Source: Octopus vulgaris
Taxonomy: Eukaryota
Direction of reading: 5' to 3'
Length of the DNA stretch: 64,000 nt
Assembly: GCA_951406725.2 (NCBI GenBank)
Contig: OX597829.1
Coordinates: 26,722,001-26,786,000 of the forward strand
The position numbers and the translations under genes were made by a program. Each line of letters opens with the position of its first letter. Position 1 is the first letter of the stretch. Below, in pieces: positions 1-13,300 of the stretch. The notes under the pieces are model-generated. The model was not told the DNA's origin and did no database searches. It saw nothing but the letters and a program-made list of their open reading frames with translations.

Positions 1-33
1 TTTAAAAATGTGTATTTGTTTTTAGTTTAAATA

Positions 34-907
34 ATGGAAACTAATGCAGACAGAGATGAATTTCAACCTCCAGTTGAGCATGAAGATAGAAAAACTTCAA
101 TGGAAAGGAATCGTTTGACCATCATGGATAAGAGACAAGAAGAAATTGATTCTCTTGAACAAAGTAAGGTTACTCATCCCGGTAGATACCTGCCAGGTCA
201 TGGTGGGAGTAATTTAATGGAAGGTGCTCAGAGTGATAAACTTATTGGAAATCAACCAGATTTAGCTGAGACTATACCAAATGAGAATGTTGAAGTTGAC
301 AGTAGGATTCTAAGCTGCCAATATATGCCAAATAGAAATGACAGAAATCTCAGAGAACACAATCTGTCAGAAATATTAGGGCCACTGGAAAATCACTCAC
401 AATATACCAAAAATTTCAATAATTACAAAATATGTCGTTCCATAGCACCTGGAGTGGAAGAATGCCTAATTCTTGAAACAGGAGAACATGTTAAATGGGA
501 CAAAAATAAAAAATTATGTAAAGCAAGAGAGAAAATTGATGAAGATTTACCAAAGAGCTCTCACTTAAAAGATTACCAAAATAAAAATCCTGTTGAAGCA
601 ACCCATTGTTCAGTTGACATCAAAACAAATGAAGACTCTTGGTCTTTCGTACCTTTGCATTATACACAAACATATTTGAAAGCAAATTCCCAAAGTGTTG
701 AAATATCAGGAGATATTTCCTCATGTCAAAATAAAAGTGATATTCCTTCCAATGAATCGATTGGAATCAACCAACCAAAGAAAATCTTTAAAATCATAAA
801 AGATTACACAGATGATTATGCAAAAGATTCTAGTCAGAAAGAATCTAAAAACGTCTATCATTTTTTTGGAGAAAAAACACTTGGTGCCATACCAAAAGAT
901 GTTAAAG
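34..907 (+). CDS. Gene 1 first coding exon (acidic/Asn/Ser-rich, probably disordered)
   Basis: Acceptor ttttag at 20-25, 874-nt open frame, donor G|gtaagc at 907/908. Confidence 0.75.
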
Positions 908-2969
908 GTAAGCAACAATGTGTATACTTCTTTTCATTTTTTTTTTTATTATGGTCTGCATTTCATGAAGGCACTTGGACTAGCGACTGTGAGTTCAACT
1001 ACTGAGCCAGTATGTTATGTTGTTTTATTGAGCAAGGCGTATTATTACATGTTTCTTTTGTATACTCATCTGAAAATGAGTACCAACTAAATACAGGTGT
1101 AGCCCTCTTTCCCTTCGGCTGTTTCTTTGATCATATTTTATTGAGTAATGAGTGGGAGGTCCAAGCAAGCCTCCATGTTCCCTTGCAAATACATAAAAAA
1201 AAAACCTGCCACTCTGACAGTTACAATGAGCGTTCCAGTTGATTTGCTCGACTGCTTGTGAAATTAATATGCAAGTAGTCGAGCACTCCACAGACGTTTA
1301 ATGTAGTTCTCAGGGAGATTCAGCATGACACAATGTGATAAAGCTGGCCATCTGAATTACAGGTACAACTCATTTTTGAGTGAACTGGAGCAATGTGATA
1401 TAAAGTGTCTTGCTCAAGGACATAACACATCACCAGATATCAAACTCCCAACCTTATGATCATGAGCTGAATCCCCTATCCACTAAGTCATGCACCTTCA
1501 CCATAACTACATAAGCACCTACATAAAGCAGTAAGCTACAGTATGGTGTCTACTATCTGGTCATGCTTACTTCTGAGTGATAATTATGGAAGGTTTTTTT
1601 CCCCTTTTTAATTTTGGCTTAGTTAAAGAAGAAAGAGCAGCATCCATGATATTTTCACAGATTTTTCTGAGAGAGCTAGGGTGAGAGGAGAAAAAAAACA
1701 GAGAGATAGTCTGAAGGTGGTGAGCTGGCAGAAACGTTAGCATGCCGGGCAAAATGCTTAGCGGTATTTCGGCTGCTGTTATGTTCTGAGTTCAAATTCT
1801 GCCAAGGTCGACTTTGCCTTTCATCCTTTCGGGGTCGATAAATTAAGTACTAGTTATGCACTGGGGTCGATGTAATCGACTTAATCCCTTTGTCTGTCCT
1901 TGTTTGTCCCCTCTATGTTTAGCCCCTTGTGGTCAATAAAGAGATAAGAAACCAAAGATATAGTCTGAATACTTGCAAATTAGTGAACTCTAGCATTTAA
2001 ACTGACCACATCTGGCCCAAATATTGTAACTGTTTTTATGTTCAAACCAGCCAGAGCTGGCCTCTAACACTTACCCCATAATGACAATCTGGAAAAAAAA
2101 AACAATCACGTCACTGAAATCCCAAAGCTACCAGATAATGCATAATTAATTCAAAACAATGTGAATAGATAGTCATTACATTTGACAGAGTAATCTGAAT
2201 GCTAAAGGGTTAGAGTCATCCAGGAGCCAGTTGGTTGTTATTGAATAGAGAGGTGAATCAAGTCCACCATTCAAGAACAGGAACAAACCCTTCAACATGC
2301 TTCCACACAGTTTCTATTTGACAAATTTTACTCACAAAACTTTTGATTAATCTAAGAATATGATGGAAGATGCTTACCTTAGGTGCCTCACAGCAGAACT
2401 GACCCTGAATCTACATAGTTGCAAAGCAAATTTCCTAGTTATTATGCCAAAGCTTCTGCCTGTACACATTAATGATGTAATAATTTTGCAAAGTTACTTC
2501 ATCTTCAGAGTAAATATTAAAAACTGCTTTTTTTTATTGTTATATTTTAGTCAAGAGGGAAGGTTAATGCTCATAGTTCTTAACAGGGCCTCTGAAACTG
2601 ATGGGAAGGGAAACAAGTATGCTCAAACCAGAAAACCAGCACAAATCTTTGCAGTAAAATAACCTCTGCTTAACACACCCAAGTTGTCAGGTGGTGATGT
2701 TAAACCAGGCAGCGGATTGAGTCTACAACTCATGTACAACATGGCAGGATGTGAACTGTCTTTTAATGGAATTCATCTCTGATTGTGATTAGGTATTTTA
2801 TTTTTAAATGAATACCTTGTCCAAGACTAGAGTCAAAGCTCAGATTAAAATTGTACCACTAAATCCTTTGCACCATGTTTTTATTTTGATAAATATACGC
2901 TATCACCTACACCACTAAATGGCATATACAGGTGCTTACAATTATCAAGTATTCACCCTGAATTTTTTG

Positions 2970-3026
<57 letters not shown>

Positions 3027-3128
3027 CATACATACATACATATACACACACACATATACATACACACGCATACACTCACACACACCAAGCATGTTTGTAA
3101 ATATAAATAGATGTATTATGTGTGGGTA

Positions 3129-3159
<31 letters not shown>

Positions 3160-6100
3160 AGAGTGTATGTGTGTGTGTGTTGTATATTTTATATATCTTC
3201 ATCATCTTTTAATATTCAGCTTCCCTGCTGGCATGTGTTGGATAGTTTAACAGGTTTTTACATGTCATAGGACTATGTCATACTCCAATATCTTCTGCTT
3301 TGGCATGGTTTCAAAGACTGGATGCTCTTCCTAACACTAAACACTTTAAAGAGTGTACTGAATCCTTCTTCCATGGCACCAGTACAAGTGAAGAGCACCA
3401 TCATTATAAAACATTTTGCAATTCACCCCCACCCCCATACACAGACAGACATACGCACATACCTCTCATTCCTCACAGTTCCCGCATTCCTAAACCCTCT
3501 TGATAGATCGTAATCTATAGACCACCTCCTACCCTATCAGAAACTCTGGACTTCATCAAATAATCTCTAAAAATTATGTCAACAGTAAATATGAATTTTT
3601 TGATATTTCAAAGTGACAAATGCTTTCTAATCTTTCTCATTTTCAGGAATTGATTCTGCAATGGCTGCGTCTATTCCATCTAACACATCTCCCCCAGATA
3701 CTATACCATCACCAAATTTTACATCCACCCCTCCTAGTACATCCACCACAACTGGTGAATCTCCTCCAGCAGAATCCAAATCCTCCAGCCATGAAACGGA
3801 TGTAAGTAATCAACACTACTTTTCCCATTATTCCAAATATGGATTTGTTGGTGTCATTCATGGAAATTTTCCTTGACTGAAAGGTCAAAAGAAAGAGTAC
3901 TTGATGATGTTTCTGTTGTTGTTGCATTTTATTTTTAATGGTTGAACTCAAAGTAGATAAAATTATAAATAGTAGTGAGTAAATATTGATTTTAAAAGCC
4001 CCTTGGACAAAAAAGTGAAAGACCTCTTGTGGGACACAAACTTGCATTTCCTGACAGGTGTTCTACTGTTGTACCAAAGCAATCCTTTCAATTTCTCCAT
4101 CCATTTTAGAAACTTTATTCTAGGTAATGATCCCCTTCAGTCATGACTGACCATGGGATTGCACCTAGAAAATTACCCTCCTAGGCACAAGTCCTGGCAA
4201 GATTGTTTATGGAAGACCAGCAGTTGTCCATACATACCAGCCTCCCCTCTCCACATCACCAATGGTGGCACTCCATCGGTTACGACGACAATGGTTCCAG
4301 TTGATTGGATCAACAAAACAACCTGCTCATGAAATTAACGCACAAGTGGCTGAGCACTCCATAGACACGTGTACCCTTAACATAGTTCTCAGAGGAGATT
4401 CAGTGTGACACAGAGTGTGACAAGGCTGGCCCTTTGAAATACAGGTACAACAGAAACAGGAAGATAGAGTGAGAGAAAGTTGTGGTGAACGAGTACAGCA
4501 AGGTTCGCCACCACCCCCTGTCGGAGCCTCGTGGAGCTTTAGGTATTTTTGCTCAATAAACACTCACAACACCCAGTCTGGGAATCAAAACCGCGATCCT
4601 ATGACTGCGAGTCCACTGCCCTAACCTCTAGGCCATTGCACCTCTACACATCACCAATATTGTCCAAGGGAAAGGCAAAGGCTGGTACAGCTTGGCACTA
4701 GTGACACTGCAAATCATTTCTACAGCTGAGTGAACTGGAGCAACATGAAATAAAGTGCCTTGCTCAAGAACATAATACACAGCCTGGTCTAGGAATCGAA
4801 CTCACTACCTCATGATTGTGAGTCTGATACTTTAACAACTGAGCCATGAACAAACTTTATCCTAACCAGTGAAAATTGCATGTTGTTATGTTATATGAAT
4901 TTATATACTTCAAAAGATATGAAATAAGTCATGTCTAACAGTGGAACTTGACTAGATAAAGCTATAAAATTTGAAGCCTTTGACTTTTTCAGTTCAAGGG
5001 GGTTTTTTAACCCAATATTTACACACTACTAAGGTGGCGAGCTGGTAGAATCATTAGCATGCCAAACAAAATGCTTAGCAGCATCTCATCCATCTTTGCA
5101 TTCTCAATTCAAATTCCTCTGAGATTGACTTAGCTTTTCGTCCTTTTGGGGTCGACAAAATAAGTAACAGTTGAACATTGGGGTCACTGTAATCAACTTA
5201 CCCACTCTCCCTAAATTGCTGGCCTTGTGCCAAAATTTGAAATCAATATTTACTTACTATTCTTTATAGCTTTATCTACTTTGAGTTCAACTGGTAAAAA
5301 TGAATTATTTTATATAACTTGACATTTCTAAATTTTTATGAATATAAAACATTCTATTTATCTATATCATAAACTTTTCTCTTTGTTTTTCAGGATAACT
5401 TCATTTATGGCATATATATATTAGAAGAATATTTAAAAGATATGCAGTCGCTTTGCAAAAAAAATTGGCAAATCATCCAAAGAGCCAAAGATGTATTTTA
5501 TAACCAATTATTGCCATCAGGAACAGTGTCACACAAAGATGACTTCCTGATGCAAAGAAGTCTCAACGATGATTGCCCTGAGCTAAATAAGTCAACTTAT
5601 TTCATTCCCAAGACTTTTCTTAGACTTGGATTCCAACAGTCTTTACAGAGTAATATTTCAATGGGAAACCTACAACCCTTAGGGAATCAACCTGACGTAG
5701 TAAAGAAAGATGTTACTTCTCCACAAGGATCATCTTCTATGGCGAGTTCTGAAAACACTTGTAAATCCCAGCAAGAAAATTCCTGCCAAAACGCAAACAA
5801 TGCAAATATTTTCCAGATTGCTTTCCAAAATAGTCAAAAGTTCAAGGTAATTAAACAACTCTCCCTTTCTCCCTCCCTGTCTCACTTCTCTTTGAATATA
5901 TATGTATATATGTGTGTGCATGTATGTATATATGTATGTATATATATGTATGTATGTATGTATGTGTGTATGCATGCATGTATGTATGTGTGTATGTATG
6001 CATGTATGTATGTATGCATGTATGTATGTATGTATGTATGTATAGATGGATGGATTGATGGATGGATGGATGGATTGATGGATGGATGGATGGATGGATA

Positions 6101-9100
6101 GATAGATAGGTAGGTAGGTAGGTAGATAGATAGACAGACAGGTAGATAGATACATACATACATACATAATTATACACACACACACACACAAAGACACATA
6201 CACAAAGTAAAACACAGCTTTTTAATTGGGTGGAAAGAAATAGATTTAAATAGTAGAAAACGTTAGCTGTGACAGGAAATTATAAGGATGTAAACACAAT
6301 CCCAATATGCTGTTAATGTACAAAAAAAAACAAGTGAAACTTCTGGTGATGACTGCTCCTCAGTGGTGACATACTATGAAAAAACAAGATATTCAGCTGT
6401 TATATAATGCAGTTGCAAATTTAGATATAACCCCTGTGGATAACTTAATTTGCATATTTGTACTGGAAATGATTTGTCTTTAATTAAGTAATATGTATCT
6501 TATATACAACACAGTGTGTATCAGAAGGACAGAAATAATTTTGGATATTAAAAAGACCCATTATTGCTAGAGTCCTGTGATTGCTTTTTTATTAAAAAAT
6601 TTGAATAAATATATTTTTATGTGTTTTTTTTTTTTTTAAGATTTTGGAAGAAAACAGAATATTGAAGAATGAGTTAAAACACCTCCAGGTGATTATTTGC
6701 ATTCACTCATTTTTTATCATGCTTCCTTTCTTTTTCATTTATCTACACAGATGTGCAGGGGTTGAACAAAATAATAGACACTCCTTAAAATTTCAAACAA
6801 ATTTATTTTAATATGAGGTAGGACTGCCTTGAATTCTATGAGGTATGGTCTCACACAAAGTTTGAATTGTTTCCAAAGGAACTTTTGTCCATTCTTCTGC
6901 TAAAACAGTCTCCAGTTCTTGTTGTGATGATGGTGAAGGATATTGACTCCTTACTCATTTTTCTAAAATGCACCATAAATGTTCCAATAATATTGAGATC
7001 TGGGGACTGTGGTGGCCAGATAAGATGTTCAACTTCACTAGAATGTTCCTCATGCCATTCAGTAACAACTTTAGCTGTATTAATTGGTACATTATCATTA
7101 TGAAAGATTGTTTCCCTTCAAAAACAGTTCTGTAACCATAGGATGAATTTGATCAGATAAAATGCTTAAATTGTCTTGACTATTAATTCTACCATGAAGG
7201 GAAACTATTGGTCTGGCGGATTTCCAAGATCATCACAGATCCTCCTCCATGTTTAACACTTGGAAGAAGGCAGTCTGGGTCAAGTGCTTCTTTTGGCTGT
7301 CTCCACATGTATACTCAGCCGGTGGTCGGAAATAAGTTAAAGGCTGACTCTTCTGAGAAAATAGCATTCTTCCACTGCTCTGGGACTAATTCTGTAGGTT
7401 TTTACTCCACTCTAAAAGCTTTGCAACATTTGCTTTTTGAAAGTAGTGGTTTTCTGATTTGCAGCCCTCCCATGAAATCCGGCTTTGTGCAGCTCCAGTT
7501 TTTGTGAAAACTGGGTTCTTGAGGTAGTCATTAAACTCTGCAGTAATTTTGGGAGCTGTACTTTTGTGATCCTTCCTAACAATTCGTATAAGAGTCTGAC
7601 AGTCCCTATCTGAAAGTTTGGTTTTCTTCCAGAGTTTTGTGTCGATGAGGAGGTTCTTCCCTCTTTCTCAAAGGCTGTCATTACTTTCAAGACAGTACTT
7701 CTTGATGCACCAAACATTTCAGCTGTTTCCATTATGCTAGCACCTGGCATACGAGCACCAACAATTTGACCTCTTTGAAAGTTCGATAGATCTGTCATTT
7801 TAATGAATTTTAATTACCCTTTTCTGATAATATCTGAAAAGAAACAGTAATTTTAGCAAAACATATTAAGCAACACTAATAATAAATCAAGAAACATAAA
7901 AACAAACAAGCTTTTGATGGTTTTATAGATATTTCAAAATTATGATGCTATGATTGTAGGTGTTTCCATTATTTTGTCCAACCCCCAGATGTGTGTGTGT
8001 GTGGGAGGGGAGTGTATGTGTGCATGTGTGTTTGTTTTTTTTTCGCTTGTTTCAGCTCAGAGCTGTGGCCATGCTGATGCACCACCTTTTCCCCTAAAAC
8101 TACTTGTATTATGCCAAAATTTGAAACAGTCATTATTATTGTTTCCCCCATTATCCTATAGAGTTCTCTGTTGACTTCTGAAAAACACTTAAGTGGAGCC
8201 AAAGAAGAAATCCAGAAACTGAATGAGTATAACATTTTTTTCATTGTTTCAACACTCTCACACCCTACACTATTATCAATCAAAATACCACCATTACTTA
8301 TGTCTACCTTAAACTTGGCCGTTTGCCAGCTCTGTCTGGCCCCCGTGTCGGTGACACGTAAAAGCACCATCCGTTCGTGGCCATTTGCCAGCTCTGTCTG
8401 GCACCTGTGCAGGTGGCATGTAAAAAGCACCCACTACACTCACGGAGTGGTTGGCGTTAGGAAGGGCATCCAGCCGTAGAAACACTGCCAGATCTGACTG
8501 GGCCTGACGAAGCCTTCCAGCTTCACAGACCCCAGTTGAACCGTCCAACCCATGCTAGCATGGAAAGCGGACGCTAAATGATGATGATGATGATGATGAT
8601 GTACATGTATGAAGGACAAATGGTCAAGGTATCCTAGCCGTCAGTAACAGGCAGTAGATCATCTAGCAATGTTACCTATAATAGACCAGAGTCTTATCCA
8701 GGTGGAGGTATATCTTTCATCCTTTCTGTTGTGTTTCTGTACACAACACTATATTCTACATTGCCACATTCCACTTAGGTCCCACCAGATCATCTGGTAA
8801 TGCTACCTATTACAGACTGGTGTCCTATGCAGGTGGAGGCATATCTTCCTCTCTCACTGTTGTGTTTTTATACACAACACTATACATTGCCACAGTTCAC
8901 CAGGTGTCATAAGACCATCTGGTAATGTTATCTGAAACAGACTGGTGTCCTATTCTAATGGAGGTTTATCTCCCACCCTCCGGTAATGTTACCTATGATA
9001 AATTGATGTCTTATCCCAGAGGAGGTTTATTTTGCTTCTCTGTTGTATTTGTATACACAACATCATATTCTATATTACCACCACAGTACACCTAGTCCGA

Positions 9101-9914
9101 AATTGTTCGAAAGTAAATTTTTTGACCACACATGTATGCCTGCACCTAAAGTATTTACCTCAACTAAACAGTGAACTAAATACTTTACAGCAGTGCTACT
9201 CAAAGTGGTAGTCTGCAGACTGGCACCGGTCTGCAAGCCATCAGCTGCCAGTAGGCGGCAGGTTTCCAAAAAAGAAAGAAACATTATAAAATGCGTATGT
9301 AATGTTGTATTATTTGTTTACAAAATAAATACAAGATAAAAAAATTGTCAACTTTTATTATATTCATTTATATATTGTTTCTGGTATAAATTAATATTAC
9401 TAAGAAATATTATCGGTCCCTGGCATATTGGGGAAAAAAAAAACTGCCCGTACACCACATCAGATAGTATGAGAAGCATTACTTTACAGTATTTAGTACC
9501 TTCCACTAAGACCTTAATTCAAAAACTTTACAGGAACCAACAGTCTCTCTTTCACTTAAATTTGATTAAGTAAAAAGCAGTTATTTCCTTGATTATGCCA
9601 TTTCTTATCAAAATTGCTCTATGTATATGTATCTCAATGCTGACTAAATTTACTTTGTTTTAATCTTCAGACAAAATAAAATGCTTGATGACCTAGTAAG
9701 AAATTTAAGCCACGAGAACAAAATGTACTGTGAAATGATTAATTCATTAAGGTAAAGAACACTGATGAGATATATGGAATATAGTATAATGTTTCTACAG
9801 CTGTTGTGTAATTATGACAGCAATTTAGTGAAACACATGTATGTTCTATAAAGCATTGACCATACCTGCTTTCTGTAATTAATTATAAATGTGTATGTAT
9901 GCATATAAATACAT

Positions 9915-9945
<31 letters not shown>

Positions 9946-10293
9946 AGTTCAGCAAAAATTTAGATTCAAATGAATATGGTACTTAAGTTAGATGCACCAG
10001 AATTTTGTATGGTGTTATCCATATAAATCCATGGGGTGATTATAATCAAAAATAAGCAACAAGAATGACGTCATTCTTGTTGCTTATTTTCATTATATAT
10101 ATTAAACTCGCCAAGAATATTTGAAACCACCTGAAGAATGTCTACTACTCAAAGATGTGATGAAAAGAAGACATGAAACGATCGTAGTGGATATTAATAA
10201 TTGTTAAATTTCAAAATAATATAAATTAATTTATGTATTGGATTAAGTCTTTCTTTGTTTGATTTGCATAATAGTGGTTTTGTCTCTAATTTA

Positions 10294-10346
<53 letters not shown>

Positions 10347-13300
10347 ATGTATGTATATGTATATATGTGTACATATACATGGGTTTGTGTGTGTATAGTT
10401 TTAATTAAGTTCTTAAGAGAATTCAAGCCTGTTGCTAACAAAGTGACAAGATACTTTGAGTTAAGAGATCTCCCAATGTTTGTAAATATGTGGTTGAGTT
10501 GGTGTGTTGCACATACCCGAGTGTGCTTCTATTCAACTAAAGAATCTCAAATGGAGAATCTTTGGAACGTCTTACACATCTTCACTGTGTCACTAACAGA
10601 TTGAATTTAGATAGTCTTTTCTTTTGTTTCTTTAGCTCTTTCTTAAAAACAAATCCATACAATCCATAGGCGCAGGAGTGGCTGTGTGGTAAGTAGCTTG
10701 CTAACCAGCCACACGGTTCCGGGTTCAGTCCCACTGCGTGGCATCTTGGGCAAGTGTCTTCTGCTATAGCCTCGGGCCGACCAAAGCCTTGTGAGTGGAT
10801 TTGGTAGACGGAAACTGAAAGAAGCTCGTCGTATATATGTATATATATATATATATATATGCGTGTGTGTGTTTGTGTGTCTGTGTTTGTCCCCCTAGCA
10901 TTGTTTGACAACCGATGCTGGTGTGTTTATGTCCCCGTTACTTAGCGGTTCGGCAAAAAGAGACCGATAGAATAAGTACTGGGCTTACAAAAGAATAAGT
11001 CCCAGGGTCGAGTTGCTCGATTAAAGGCGGTGCTCCAGTATGGCCGCAGTCAAATGACTGAAACAAGTAAAAGAGTAAAAGAGTACAACAGTTGCGTAAT
11101 TACAGCAGCAATTTGATGTTTCTTGTTGCTCTTTATTTTAAAAAAACTTAGTATTTTTTTTTTTTGTAAATTTGTAGGTACATAGCTTAATGAATCTATG
11201 TTGACAGGTACAAATGAGAATTTATAGTTAAGATACAAGAACTGTCATTTCTACATTAATTCACCATAAATGTTTACTTTTCCTGAACTTTTGATGCTAC
11301 ATTCACATCTGCTGGGTAGCTGACCTCTACAACAATGCATGATTTTTGTTCCCTGTTCCACAGAATAATATCAGGTCTGTTCTAATTGCTGTTTTTATTG
11401 GAGTATTCCACCAGTATCCTTTGTTTTTAAAGGTATAAATACATTCTGGTTTTGACATGCCTTTGATGTATATGCCAAGACAACCCTCCCTGTGAATAAC
11501 ATTGTAAATAATCTTTGCAATTATATCTTGCCTCAGATAAAGGTCATATCACATAGACATTTTGGGGCAACTGTTGATGATGTGGGTGATATCTTCTACA
11601 ACTGTACAGCAGAACTGACATTTTCTATCACAACATGGAAGTTTGGTGATATCATTGTATCTCTTGTTTATCAAGTATTTAGTAGCTAATTTCTGTTGCT
11701 GGGAAGTAAAGATATATCCTTCTAGATGGGATGTAATGTATCTGTTACAGGTCCAAGAGAAGCTACTCTTCTTGTCAATGCTATTTTTGCCCTCTATCTT
11801 ACAGGATATGTACCCATGCATTGCCTTTTGTTGGTATGATGTGTACTTCTCCTCCAAGCTTCTGTTCAGGTTGGCCAGTCCAACCTCCTTTGGGTTGCAC
11901 AAGACAGTTGTATTCTTAGAGTACCTGCTCAGTTGTTCTTCTGCAACTCTGAAGATGTTATTGCTATCACTTTTGAGTGTGCATGTAATGTTCTTACTTC
12001 TTTCTTTAGTGTTCAGCGTGTATTGCCTGAGTGATACAATGTGACATTCAATGGCTGTCTGGACTGACCTTATGCCTCTGCTGACATCACTTCATCTCAC
12101 TTAGATCCTATCAGTGTCACTGTTAATGTGGAAGTTACAGTAGAGGCCAGTACCTTTCTAGATTTGATGTCTAAACTACAGATCTCAAGTGGCTTGTACA
12201 ATATCCTAAATATTGTTACTAGCACTGACATCGCAAAGGCATTGCAAGATATGGTCTAAGTTCCATATTCTCCAGAGTCAACAGAAGTATAGATGTGTAT
12301 ATATATATATATATCTGTGTGTGTATGTATGTAAATGTATGCATGTATCAATGTAAGATATAAGTATTATTACATAGATTTATCTGCTGTAATTTGAAAA
12401 TCTAGATTTGATCATCATTATCATTCATTCCAGTATAGAAGAAAAGTTAATTCTACAAATCTAAGTAAATGCATTTGGAATTCAAAAGACAGGAACATTA
12501 AGTATGATTTAAAGTGGTCCTTTATTAGTTACACACCATTGTACAATACTGCTAATTCTAAATGTGATCTTTGCCTTGAGGAAATGTATTTTATGATTAC
12601 TTCTAAATTAATATTATTAAATTATGATTGTAACTTTACATTGAAATGTTGTCACATATTTAGAAAAGCATTTAAATATTTCAATCTTAATTATAACTGC
12701 TTTTCACATAATATAATAAACATATGTATTTGTTTTGGAAGATTCCTGATGTGAAATCGTGTTTTGAAACAGATATTGTTATATTCCAGGATGGTCAGTT
12801 TTTTCCTTCCCAAATAAACACATGCACTATACATTCGTTTTTCACTTTAGATTTACTATTGTTCTTATTTTATGTCCTTTGTCTAAAAATATTTCATTAC
12901 ACATCCTCTGACCTCTTCAGCAACTCTCCATTCCATGTCCCTTCCTTTTCTGTTAAGTCCATTCAGTCTTTCTATGGTGTGTATCCTTATTTGTGCAGGT
13001 GTGTGTCTGTGTATACACATATCCATGTGTTTTGTGTGTGTGTGTATAAGGGTTTGCTAACTATACTGTTTGTATCCATGCCCCTTTAGTTTTTTCTATT
13101 TATTTACTTATCTATCTCTACTTTTTTCCCATTTTGTCCTAAGTGTGTGTCTTTTGTGTGTATATATATATGGGTATGTGTATTATACTGTTTGTATCTG
13201 TTTTTTATTTTGCTTTCACCTATTCTGTCTTTAGTCATTATGTGGCATAGAGTGGTGGTGGGTGTTATTGTTCTATTTGTCTTTTCTGTTGAGACTCAGT

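Noticed and set aside
2551-2652. Possible extra exon of gene 1 after ttttag
   Set aside because: No good donor, and the model is already phase-consistent without it.
5730-6215. ORFs over the tetranucleotide repeats, including the tail of ORF 5442-6101
   Set aside because: Microsatellite artefacts; the real exon ends at the donor after 5846.
12395-12397. In-frame TGA in the GIY-YIG relic as a possible selenocysteine codon
   Set aside because: It falls at an aromatic position before KxR rather than a Cys position, in an otherwise decayed copy, and no SECIS was seen; TGG>TGA is the simpler explanation.
12746-12780. CTGATGTG...GAAAC downstream of the PLE relic, as a hammerhead
   Set aside because: The position is suggestive, but the core is altered and stems I and II do not pair convincingly.
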